From positions 83,762,001-83,826,000 of the forward strand of contig NC_043006.1 of assembly GCF_006345805.1 (NCBI RefSeq): a stretch of 64,000 bases of DNA, written 5' to 3'. Of this stretch, positions 63,775 to 64,000 are shown piece by piece (positions within the stretch are counted from its first letter, which is position 1; the number at the start of each line of letters is the position of its first letter). Position numbers and translations under genes: made by a program. The notes under the pieces were generated by a model. The model was not told the DNA's origin. It saw only the letters and a list, made by a program, of their open reading frames with translations, and searched no databases. This stretch comes from Octopus sinensis (Eukaryota).

Positions 63775-64000
63775 CAAATATATGACTGTGTGGTTAAGGA
63801 GCTCGCTTTGCAACCATGTGGTTTTGGGTTCAGTCTCAGAGCGCGGCACTTTGGGTAAGTATCTTCTACTATAGCCCCTGGCTGACCAACGTCTTATGAG
63901 AGAATTTAGTTGACAGAAACTGTACGGAAGCTCGTTGTTTGTGTGTTTGTGTCTTTGTGTTTGTGCTTACATACACACACACACACACACGCAATTGCAA
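63775..64000 (+). mobile_element. tRNA-derived SINE 5' part with internal microsatellite
   Basis: Same family as 37255. Confidence 0.7.

Overview
This is a very AT-rich, microsatellite-dense eukaryotic window made almost entirely of transposable elements and their remnants. The tRNA-derived SINE families and LINE fragments look like those I recognise from Octopus genomes; this is pattern recognition, not a database result. There is no complete host gene, rRNA, true tRNA or CRISPR array. The only credible host coding sequence is a probable last exon (7373-7518, +) of an MFS-like transporter. Main elements: (1) a near-intact DD34E Tc1 nested in a Penelope-like element (PLE) terminus with an 18-bp TSD; (2) a near-full-length CR1-clade LINE (~29260-33401) with a single-base frameshift in each ORF and a candidate -1 slippery ORF1/ORF2 junction; (3) a cluster of several R4/Dong-type LINE families in (TAA)n tracts; (4) remnants of PLE, Hero-like and L1/Tx1 LINEs, MULE, a DD36E Tc1, Helitron-like elements, piggyBac-, Tc2- and hAT-type MITEs, and solo-LTR-like repeats. 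The most interesting signals are three minimal hammerhead-ribozyme-like motifs at PLE-type termini, with C-G, A-U and U-A at the core 3:8 pair, and two long foldbacks (22141-22695 and 27500-27699) that would form dsRNA if transcribed. Boundaries of degenerate elements and SINEs are approximate.
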